64,000 nt of DNA from Octopus sinensis (Eukaryota): NCBI RefSeq assembly GCF_006345805.1, contig NC_043004.1, forward strand, positions 32,364,001 through 32,428,000, read 5' to 3'. The notes beneath the pieces were generated by a model that did no database searches, was not told the origin of the DNA, and saw only the letters and a list, made by a program, of their open reading frames with translations. The position numbers and the translations under genes were made by a program. Below are positions 38,401-48,799 of the stretch, one piece after another (position 1 is the stretch's first letter; every line of letters starts with the position of its first letter).

Positions 38401-41400
38401 ATATTAAAGAGTTACACCCCTTGTAGCAATAACTCACAAATTGACAATTTTGTAAATAGAAAATTATAAAAACTTGCACACTATTTTTCGTCATTAAGTA
38501 ACTATTAACGCAATTAAAATAAACATCTCTTAGCCCTGGTTGAGCTGGCTTATGATCAAAGATAATTCAGCCGTAACCGTCTCATTTATGTAATCCTGAC
38601 TACATTATCCAACAGAACATTCATTTTTTAAAAAATGAAGTGTAATTTGAAGAAATTTTATTTGCTATTTCTACCAAGTCGAGCGATGACAAAGAACCCT
38701 TGTAGGCTCGAAAAGAAATCGTTATTTTCTTTAGAAGGTAATTCATATTTTCATTAATCCTGTTTTGTTTTTTTTTTCACCCGATTTCTTTTGTTTATGT
38801 CAAGCCATGGAGGAGGGTCAACAACCGTATAACCTCTACAAGTCCTCTAAGATCGATACGATTTATAATCAGTTTGTACAACTGCGGGTATGGCCAGGAT
38901 GGGAATTATATGGTGTCGGGGAAGGCGTATATGTGAAGGAAGAACAGGAATATTTAGTGCAAGTACTTGGCGATGACAGTTCAGAGTAGCAGAAACTATC
39001 GCAGGAACTGTAAAGAGGAAGTGAAAAGAAAAAACAGCTGTGAAGCCATTGTCATTACATGTAATTTCTTGACCTGTTAGAAATAGTAATCAAATTTCCC
39101 TCAAATCAAAACACACTACACCGTCTTAAATAAGAAATACTGAGAAATATAATGTAGTCCAATATAAAAAAAAAAAAAAATAGATGGTTACAGCCGGAAC
39201 ATCTTTGATGCTAGGCCTACTGATTCAAAGGTAAAGTGTCATCATCACAATAAAGTGAAGTGAAATAACAAATGGTTAGAAATCACTCTTGCTAAAAATA
39301 AAAAAAACGAAAAAGAGCTAAAAGTGGTGAGTACAAAATAATGACCTCAACTCTATCAGAGGTCATCTGAAATATATCATTATAACCTGACGGAATTCAC
39401 AAGAAATGGAGCTTCGAATGAGATCTAAGACCAACGAAATGACTGCGTATTCGACAGTGAGCTGTATAAAATTATATAAAGTAGACCTTAAGTTATTAAC
39501 ACCAAACCATGACTAAGAACTGCTTGTAGCATATTTGAATAATTAAAAAAATAAACTTTTTATTTTTACGTAACTGTCATAATAATGAAAACTATGTGGA
39601 AGGGACAGGTGGAGTCGTTCGATACTTATTTTATCGATTGCAGGAACTCAAAGATCCAATGACAGTTATTTTGCCTCGCTTCCTACTATTTCTCCCACTA
39701 CAGAAAAGGGGATTACCAACACAGTGGAACTGCTTGGCAAGTAAATCCCAAATAATAATTATAATAACGATGATTTCAAATTTTGGCACAAGGCCAGCAA
39801 CTTTATGGGACAGGAGTAAATCAATATCATCGATCCTAGTGTTCGACTGGTACGTTTTTACACGACACCTAAAGGATGAAAAGTGAAATCGACCTTGGTG
39901 ACATTTGAACTCAGAAAGTAAAGCCAAAAGAAATACCACTAAGCATTTAGTTCGGACGCGGCAACGATTCTGCCAGCTCGCGGCCTTAACAGCAATAGGA
40001 TGGATATATTAAGTAATGTTTAATAATATGATACATTAGGTAATGTAAGTCCTATATTACACTGAAATATTGTTGACTATAGGCTCTACTCGATCAAGTT
40101 TTGACCTTGGGTTAAACAACAAACTTGATTACTAAACACTTTTCTAAATTTGTTAAAATTTGCAATCTGTTAAAAATTTGCTATAAAATTTTAAGGTCTA
40201 CCATGAAGCAGCTCATATCTAGGTATACTTACCGGTTAAACAGAAAAAGTTAATATTTTTCGATAAATCATAAATTTCAATAACTACACACGTTTTACAA
40301 CAATTTGAATGGGAGAAAAGGCTCATTATATTTGGTTCTGAAGGCAAAACTTAAATTTTTATGAGGAAAAATAGGGGCTTAATGCATAAAAAGATTCAGG
40401 GGACTTTCCAAGCAAACAATTCATTGATAAATGAAAGTAATAACTAAATGTGAAAATGCTTTAAAATAGTGTCCTGGAGATTAAATGCTTTAAAATAGTG
40501 TCCTGCAGATAGATCCAAAAATAAATGTAATTATCGTTGAACACAGTCGCTTATCTAAATTATTTAAATCTGTTTCCACTTGACAGCCTGAACTTTAAAC
40601 TCACTTCAATTCATTGAAGTAGAATTGGATCACACATTGTAGTTTAAACCTAAATCCACTTTGATCAAACCTATGCTCAAAGACATTCAAACCGTAAGAA
40701 CCCTGCCTGTAAAGACATATAATGTATAGTTTCCTAATTTAAAATCGTAGTTAGTGTGGTCTAAAGGAATATTTTAGTCTATTATAAACAACTTAAACCT
40801 CGTGCAAAAATCTTATTCTCCACTAATTCGTTAATAATAATAATAATAATGATGGGTAGCCCCATAGTAATAACCCTTATGTGGTTGTCTGGAAAAATGT
40901 TGCCCCTTAAGCAGAAAAAAAAGTAGGCTCACTTCATTCCAAATATCTGAGCGAAATAATGAAAATGTATTCAATAACGAAAGTATTGATATTGTAATAA
41001 AATATAATTAACAATTCAAAAAAAACAAAAAAAGGTGAAACCCAATGCAATTGCCCAAATTAGTTCCTCTATCTTGTAGGTAAGGACATGGGGACTATTC
41101 AGTGTCCCTTATGATTCATCCAAAACTAACAAATAACGAAAGGACCCCCACCCCACCCACCTTTTATTTTTCAGATTCGTAATTTATGTTTGAAAAATAC
41201 ACATCCAAATAGAAGCTTTAAGAAGCACTAGATAATTTCCGACTCTAATATACAGGAATGCAATATATATTAAGATATTTGACCATTTGCACGAATATAT
41301 ACATATATATATGTGCAGAGGAGTACAAGCGTGAAATGAAAATATTCGATACAAAAAAAAGAATCTATATACATAAGTCGAAATTCTACTTTCATCGTAG

Positions 41401-41889
41401 AAAGTGGTTTACGTGACAAAATGCCCATTGAATATCCACAGCTAAACTACAACAATTCCAATCTAACGTGACTGTTTTTCACCTTGAACTGCCCTCCCGC
41501 TCTCACCAAGCGACAGCCAAGTAATTAAAGCAAAATTATTGTAAAAACGTTGCGAAAAGAAGCAGCCACAACAGTAAATTTCTGATGTAAGACAGACATT
41601 GGAATAACAGAGAAGCTGTTTTGAAGAAAGATGGGTTTTGTTACATAAGAACGAAATGAAGAAGGTTGCAAGGTTGGTGAAGTTGAGATGGAGGTGTGGG
41701 GCGATATGCAAATGAACGAGAAGTGGCGGGCAGCATTGGGTTAATTTAAAGAGGGTCTCACTCACCAACTTTGCCTTTGTGGTGGTCGACAGGCTTGCCA
41801 CCGGCTGAAGAACTTCTAGCCAGACATAGTAAAACTGGCCTCTGTTTACTCACAATATTCGAGGCAAGCCGACGTAAAGAGAAAGCCAT
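24706..41889 (-). CDS. COX5B: Cytochrome c oxidase subunit 5B, complete gene span (4 exons, 140 aa)
   Basis: Exons 41889-41766, 34412-34327, 28329-28230, 24818-24706 (124+86+100+113 = 423 nt) splice in frame. Presequence, MPD...HA.G.ER.EL, PNLVPS....R.VGCIC and RCQCG zinc ligands match the COX5B family. Confidence 0.97.
27190..27505 (+). mobile_element. Family B copy (young), COX5B intron 3
   Basis: Consensus match; (GAT)n tail. Confidence 0.88.
28230..28329 (-). CDS. COX5B: COX5B exon 3: [33 protein letters not shown](C)
   Basis: Acceptor ttttccattgtag, donor gtaagt; 100 nt. Confidence 0.96.
28532..28830 (-). mobile_element. Family B copy, COX5B intron 2
   Basis: Consensus match; inverted relative to the 27190 copy. 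Confidence 0.85.
29301..30091. mobile_element. Foldback (Mutator-like?) non-autonomous element; about 380-bp inverted arms; 8-bp target-site duplication GACTTCAG
   Basis: GACTTCAG|ggatcttttcc ... ggaaaagatcc|GACTTCAG; arms meet at about 29690. Confidence 0.9.
30594..30945 (+). mobile_element. 5'-truncated RTE/BovB-like LINE 3' end with uninterrupted frame
   Basis: [13 protein letters not shown]...YFGH...SLEKDIMLG...[11 protein letters not shown]...DRTGWR...SRLRLSG*; (GATA)n tail. Confidence 0.88.
31605..32608 (+). mobile_element. Family A SINE split by nested insertions (family B copy at 31776-32012 on -, plus other DNA)
   Basis: A head at 31605-31775 and A tail at 32450-32608. Confidence 0.7.
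32266..32362. repeat. 42-bp tandem duplication (2.3 copies)
   Basis: accgggaatatacgaaggttgaactgacgggctggcttagaa starts at 32266, 32308 and 32350. Confidence 0.9.
34327..34412 (-). CDS. COX5B: COX5B exon 2: (V)[28 protein letters not shown]
   Basis: Acceptor gttttgtctcgcag, donor gtaaca. Confidence 0.95.
35427..35700 (-). mobile_element. Family B copy with internal duplication, COX5B intron 1
   Basis: ggatgcccttcc motif occurs twice. Confidence 0.7.
39775..39990 (-). mobile_element. SINE family D copy
   Basis: Reverse complement of the 11788 copy. Confidence 0.75.
41766..41889 (-). CDS. COX5B: COX5B exon 1: [41 protein letters not shown] (mitochondrial presequence)
   Basis: gcagcATGG start context; Arg/Ser/Leu-rich with no acidic residue in the first 34 aa; donor G|gtgagt in phase 1. 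Confidence 0.9.
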
Positions 41890-41894
41890 GCTGC

Positions 41895-42020
41895 AAAAGA
41901 AGAGAGCTTCACTGACGCTAAGAAATCTCGACGAGAGTTTCGTGAGAGTTCGTCTAGGTAACCGAGGTACCTGACGTCACTTCCTGTACTTAGTGAGACT
42001 ACGTCACTAGATCACCTTTC
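41895..42020 (-). promoter_or_regulatory. COX5B core promoter / 5' UTR with composite CRE-ETS site
   Basis: CpG-rich; TGACGTCACTTCCTG at 41972-41986; quasi-palindrome aaatctcgacgagagttt at 41923-41940; half-CRE acgtcac at 42001. Confidence 0.65.
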
Positions 42021-42949
42021 CCCTCCTTTCTGTAAACAATTTCAATGACAACGTGAGCCTGTCATGGGAGCCTTCACACAGTTAATCAGTTTGCTAGAAA
42101 TAGCAGCCAAACCCCTCTAGTAATTATAGTCACGACTGGAAAGGAAATGCCTTTGAACATGTATTTGCTCAGTTAGGGCTGATACTGGGCTAAATGGCAA
42201 TCATAACTGCCCTAACAAGGGAGCTCAATCAACTAGAAATAGCTCCTAAATTTCCCTCAAACTCACAGGTCTTTTTTTTTTAAATACGGAAGGGTTACGG
42301 TTGTATTGTCTTGGATCATGGGTTTGCTGAGTCAGGACGGGCTGGTCTAGAACCAAGCAATAACCTCCAACGGAGTCTACGTCCTCGATCAAATTGCAAA
42401 AAATAGCAGTCATATCTCCCTCAAATGGTTCTTAAAAAAGACAATGAAAGGAGAAACTGAATAATGTGATTTTACATTATGCTTGGTAAAAACAGCACGG
42501 TCTTGACCGCAATATTTTTAGGTCAGCGGCTAAACAGTAACAACCTCACTGACCTCTCACTCTACAACTATATTACAACGAGTGATTCTAAGGGCTCGGC
42601 AGTAACATTTAAGCCGGCCATATCTGACCCATCTACCTGTTTTATGTTCGAACTGACCAGACTTGACCTATCACGCGTATTCCACAATGCCATTCTAAAA
42701 ATAAACAATCACATCATGGAAATCTCAAAGCCACAAGGTGATACGTGATTATTTCAAAATAGTATGAATAAATATTTCATTTGACAGAGTAATCTGAATG
42801 CTAAAGGGTTAAACTACATTCGCTCATGCAGTTTAATAAAGCCAAAAATATGTCCATGCTGACAAAGGTCAGATTCACTATCCACTCCATTCTATTTTTA
42901 ATTGAATTAAATTTGGATATCTTTTCACTTTGGCCGGCAGATTTTTAAA

Positions 42950-43170
42950 ATAATTTCTTTGTAACTAAACACTTTTAAACTTCGTATACTGGTAGTGTGT
43001 TACATAAAACATCTTTTTCTCTTGGCTTTCTTGAGAAAATTCTGTAGCTTGTAAGGTATTTGTTGCTTAATTTCATGCATTTCGGCAATTTCAACCAATC
43101 AATGACGTCTATTGAGGTGAATACAATTTCTCCGGATCTTTTGTCAACAACAATTATTTGCGGTGTCATA
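42950..43170. mobile_element. Solo arm related to the 29301 foldback
   Basis: aactaaacacttttaaacttcgtatactggtag...ttcggcaattt.aaccaatc shared. Confidence 0.7.
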
Positions 43171-43914
43171 TGAATTTGTCACTGTTATTGATGACATATT
43201 TCATATCAGTTACGTTCGTATGAATAAAAAGATTATCGTTATTAAACTTTTATTAATAAACACATATTCTAAGTTCATAACATATGCAGTTTTAATTTCC
43301 CTCTCTGTTGCACAGATACACACATATCAGGAGATAGTTTTTTCTTTAAAATAGAGTTTTTGGGGGGGAATTGTATTGGAATGTTTTTAGCTGGTACTTT
43401 ATATCAACCTTGGACACTAACAGGAACTATGAAATATTGTTCCCCAAGTGAGATTGTAAGTTTGAATTAGAACAGTACAAATCAGTAATTTTTAAATTAT
43501 GCTCCTTTTTTTTCACTATCCTTCATATTTGTATGGGCTTTTACAACATACTTCTAAACTTTTCACTCTATTCCTGAATTCCAAATGACTATTTTGACTA
43601 GTTTAATTTTTTTTAATGTATATTATGAAATGTTAGCATTATATTGGACAATGAGATAAGATTTGTACAAATCAAATTGTTTTCTCATGAATAATCTTCA
43701 TGATTTACAGTTTACATATTCAACATCATAGTACTGACCAAATGTCTTGACTGGTAACGGGTACTGAATTTGAATAGAACAAATTCTTTTGAATGAGTAA
43801 ACTTGTCTGTTATGTTCAGTACATTGCTTTTCTCGGTTCAATGAGCTATAAACAGGTGTCACTGCCTTTTCATTATTTATTTAGTCCTGAGAGGGACAGA
43901 ACCCTTACATAATC

Positions 43915-44350
43915 TTAGTAGCTCTTCTCAGGTTGGGGGTTGATGCAGTTGTTTGTTTGTTGAGCGAAGTGGTCTTCGTCCCAGAGCTTGCAAGATCGCG
44001 CCTGAGGATTGTCTGTAGAGGGAGAAATCCGAAACGTGGTCCTTTGCTATTCGTAAGACCCGCAGAAGAGAAAGTGGGTCAACCCTCAACACCAAGAGCA
44101 TCAATGGATGGATGAATGCGCATCCAGGCTCAGCGGTTGTGTAGGAAGTTGGGGACAAGAAACAGGAAGAAAGAGAGAAAGTTGGAGTGAAAGAGTACAA
44201 CAGGGGTCACCCCCCCCCTGCCAGAACCTCGTGGAGCTTTAGGTGTTTTCGCTCAATAAACACACACAATGCCCCGTCTGGGAATCAAAACCATGATCCT
44301 CCGACTATGAGTTCGCTGCCCTAACCACTGGGCCATTGTGCCTCCACTTG
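43915..44350 (-). mobile_element. SINE with family F head and a third tail type
   Basis: Head match; unrelated tail of about 250 bp. Confidence 0.75.
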
Positions 44351-47154
44351 CAGTTGTTGTTCATGTTGATTGCCCCATTGTTTGATGTCTCTCAGGAGAT
44401 CATGGGTTGTAGTTGTGAGTTGAAAAGTCTGCTTTAGTAATGAAACACCTTAAGGAAGACTATAAATGATGCAGGTGCATTATGTACACTTTGGTGAAGA
44501 TGTATACAGATTGCTAATTCAGAGAAACAAAAGCCAGAAAACCTTTTGCTGAGTTTCATACCAAACTTATGGCACATAGTTTGCCAGTCAAATAAGTACA
44601 TGCAGAATCTTTACCTGAACAGCTGAGAGAGATTTTATGTAAGCTAATAAGATAGTCTCTATGTAAAACAGTGAGAGGGCTTCTATACAGTCATTCAACT
44701 TGCTAAAATTAACAGTCAAATCTTCAAATCATTTCCATTTTAAATAAAGGAAGGACAGTGAATGCAATATTCCAGAACAAAAAGAAGTGATGGTTACAGC
44801 TGTAATGTTGGTTGAATGAAAAAACAGGAAAAAGTTGTTCAATGTTAACATGAGAAAGGCACTGTATAACGGAGAAGTGTTTTACTAGTAGCAGTCTTGG
44901 GTGCAAATATAGCCGTGTGTCAAAAGATACTTACTCTCACTGCACAGAACTTTAAGCAAATGCCTTGCACCACAGCTTCAAGTTGGCCAATACTTTGTGA
45001 GAAAAACTGTTTGATAGAAACTTTGCAGAAACCTGTTCTTGTCATTTTACATCCACTTTCCATGCTAAAAGTCAGTTCTAATCCAGAAGCACTACCCACT
45101 AGTCAGGTTGAAGGACCAAATTTCACTTATATCCATTTTCAAATTGGTTTCTGTGACACTAGTGGGGTTGCCATAGAAAGACAAATGAGTTTTCACTACT
45201 TCTTTTGTTCAAAATAATCTTACCAAAAGGATGAATAGATGAGAGGGCAGGTGAGAGAATAAAGAAAGTGGGAGTATGATGACAGAAGTAATAGAAGAAA
45301 GACGGTAATGGTGGAGAGCTGCTGGTAAAAAGAGAGTGAAGTATATCAATAACAAATTACCTGTGGAAGAGGTAGTGATGACTAGCAATACAGAAGCAAT
45401 ACAGTATGCTGGTTAGAGAAAGTGCAAATGGTAGGTGATCATAAGAGATAGTGGAGATGTCAATAATGAGAGATCTGAGAAAGAGAGTGTTGGCAAGCAC
45501 TACCAAAGAAGAGAGCAGAATGTATTAGAAATCAACAGACCTTGTGCAATCCCCCAGTATACAGACATCATGATGGAAGTAAGAGATAGTGATAGCATGG
45601 AGCAGAACTAAATGTTGACAGATCCATTACTATTCCTTGTATTACACAGGTGACATGGTACAATAAATAGAAGCAGGAGTGAATAATAAATTGGTAGGAG
45701 AGCAAATGACTGAACATGAATATATTAGGTGTGACCCAATGTAGATATACACAGGCCAGCTCCCATCACATCCAACATTTTGCTATGATTGCATGGATGG
45801 TGGTCTTGTCCAATACGTGTCACTAATCTTTGTGTTTTTTGTCATCTGTTTTGTGAGGCTCAGCATCTTGTGATCAACATTCATCATTTGAACTCATCCT
45901 CCTAAGATGGTTCCATCCATTTTGAGCATGATGTTCAAAATGCCTATTGAACATCATGCTCATGTAAAGTCTTACACTTTACATCTCATTAGCTCTTATT
46001 TCCTGTTCTCCTTGCAGCTCATGGATGTACACTGTCATTCAGACACTAGAACATTATATACATTTCTTTCTATATCTATTCCATTAAAGACTACACTTCA
46101 CTATCATACAGTAATTCCCAAGGACAACCAGTCTTAACTTCCTCTGTTATGACCTGTGGGACTACAATGAATATGATAGTTGACAAATGAATCCTGCACA
46201 CTAAATTGCTGTACTCATTACTTTCATCTTGCTGACAATTCCCCTACACAAGCCATTCTACTCATAGCTTCTTCAGTGATGACCAGATCACGGAGTAAAG
46301 GACCCTGTCAAAGGTTTTCTCCAAACCAACAAATGGCAATTGTAAATGCTTCGTTTTAGCTAAATTCTTTTCCTGCAGTTAGCTCTCTAGAAAGAGAGCA
46401 TCAGATACAGAGGAGAGAATAAAGCATAAAGAATGAATGTGAGCTATTTGAAAGATTGTGAGAATTAAGAAAAACAAATGACAATGATATATATTATTAC
46501 AGAACTGTGTGTGCATGTGCGATCCTTTCATATCTGTATGCATATTCTTTTCATTTTGTGTGTGTTTGTATGTATGCACCCATTCATGTACATATATTTG
46601 TCTGCTATGAATGATTTGTATTTTATCTCAAAGAGTTGTATGTATGTATGTTTTTATGTATGTATAACTTTGCATGTTCTCTTCATTTTCTTTGTTGTCA
46701 GTGATGGTGAAAGCTTTCTAAATGTATCAGTGTAATAATAAATGAAATTCTTGGTCTGAAGTTTTTTTGTGTCAGAGTCATTCAATTTATTTTTTTCATA
46801 CACAAGATGGGCTTATGACCAAGAGTAAGTTAATCAAAACATTTTATGTCTGCAGTACATTGTTTAACTTGAAATGAAGGAACACACATATAGACAAACA
46901 AAATTTGAATTTTAGTACTATATAGACAAAAATCTATAGAGACAAACTGTCTTGCAGTATTCATTTGTATTTCTTTACATTCTGAGTTCAAATTGTTGAT
47001 GTTATCTTCGTTCTATTGAAACTGATAAAATAAGCAACGATGGTATACAAGGAAACAATTTGATTGATTGTTACCTCTCTAAAATATGTATTTGACAATG
47101 TCAGAGATCATTATTATTTATCTGTTGGTGAACGGAAAGTAAACCTTTTTCATC

Positions 47155-47535
47155 TATAATGCATGACTGTGTGGCAAACAGTTTGGTTTCCAACCACACG
47201 GTTCTGGGCTCAGTTCCATTGTGTGGCACTTTGGGCAAATGTCTTCTATTATTGCCTCGGGCCAACCAAAGCCTTGTGAGTGGATTTCATAGACAAAAAT
47301 TGAAAGAAACCTGTCGTATATGTGTGCTTACCCCTACTACCGCTTAACAACAGACGCTGGTGTTTATGTCACCATAACTTTGTGGTTCAACAAAAAGACC
47401 GACTGAATAGGTATCAGGCTCTAAAGAAAATATGTACTGTCATCGATTCATCGGACTAAACTTCTTCAAGGTGGTGCAACAGCATGGCTACAGTCTAATG
47501 ACTGAAACAATTAAAAAGAAAGTAAAAGATAAAGT
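47155..47535 (+). mobile_element. Family A SINE
   Basis: Head and tail match the 49165 copy. Confidence 0.75.
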
Positions 47536-47711
47536 GCGGTGGTGTGATAAAAAGTGAAGAATGCTGAGCAAAATATTTGCTGTATTTAGTTACATCTACT
47601 TACATTCTAAGTGTAACCTTAGAATCAACTTAGCTTGTTATCTGGCTGAGATCAGCAAAATAAATACATGTAATGTATAGGTTTGATTTAATGGATCTAT
47701 TCCATCTCTTC

Positions 47712-48065
47712 AATTAATTTTTTTTTAACTAAACAGTTTGAAACTTCAAATACTGGTAAAATTTCTTGCATAGAACATGGTTTACTCTTAGCGTTTTTGA
47801 GTAAACAGAGAACAGAGTGGTGAATTTAGTAGAGATGACCCGGAAGTTGTTCCTCTTCGATTACTATCTTAAACAGCAGTAGTTTTCTTCATCCGAATAC
47901 ACGTCGTTGATTGGTTGAAATTACCCAAATATGACAACTTTAACACGAAACAACTTCTAAAATACGAAATTTTGTCAAAAACGTTAAGAGTAAACAGTGT
48001 TCTACCTGAGAAATTTTACCAGTATTCGAAGTTTCAAACTGTTTAGTTAAAAAAAAAAAGTAATT
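47712..48065. mobile_element. MITE with about 85-bp imperfect terminal inverted repeats, related to the foldback arms
   Basis: aactaaacagtttgaaacttcaaatactggtaaaatttc ... gaaattttaccagtattcgaagtttcaaactgtttagtt. Confidence 0.8.
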
Positions 48066-48074
48066 AAAAAACCT

Positions 48075-48445
48075 GTGATTGAGATGGAATAGATCCGATT
48101 TAATTTACTACACCTATTCCAAAGTTAATGGGCTATTAGATTATGGTACTGAATCGGAATCCTACACAAACTCCCATGACTTTCGGAAACATTTTTTCAC
48201 GCTAAGAGTTGCTAAGTATGGAACAAACTGCCGGCATCAGTTGTTAGTTGTCGGAACACTGCATCCTTCAAAACTTCCATGCTTCCTGAAATTCGCCAAT
48301 ACTACACCTGATTTTCTCCCCTCCATACACTGTTCACTTTCCAGATATTTGTACATTACTGCATATGCTTTATACGCACTTTTGACAAGTTGTGGTGCAC
48401 CTGAGCACTGTATACAATATTTTCATTATTATTATTAAAAAAAAA
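48075..48445 (+). mobile_element. CR1-like LINE 3' end, about 260 bp upstream of the FXN ATG
   Basis: HDFRKHFFTLRV...NKLPASVVSC region matches 63890-64000; (ATT)n tail. Confidence 0.8.
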
Positions 48446-48703
48446 CACACCGAAGAAGTACCCAGATAATTTTTGATATCATGCAAACAAAGAACCTGAA
48501 TGATAAGATTATTTCCCTAAACCATGTTTTTGCGTGTTACACTTAGTACGATACCCAGAAATCAATAAACTTTGCTGAAAAGAGCACATCTTTTGTTCAT
48601 CCTACCAAGTACCTGTAACTTGTGCCCAGGACACGAAAACCCGATAAACCATGGGGAGATAACTCAATTATTTAGTTGCAGTTTGTCCTTTGAGTGTGCC
48701 AAC

Positions 48704-48799
48704 ATGTTATCTCGCCGCCTTTCTATGAAACTATTTAGGCATCTACGAAGAAATAATTTTGCTTTCTCTTATAGAGTTATAACCCAGCCAAACATTAAG
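48704..48799 (+). CDS. FXN: FXN exon 1: MLSRRLSMKLFRHLRRNNFAFSYRVITQPNIK (mitochondrial presequence)
   Basis: aacATG start; Arg-rich with no acidic residues; donor aag|gtaatt. Confidence 0.75.

Noticed and set aside
41848-41853. Consensus GTGAGT donor inside COX5B exon 1
   Set aside because: Phase 0 is incompatible with exon 2 (frameshift) and it would truncate the presequence; no evidence of use
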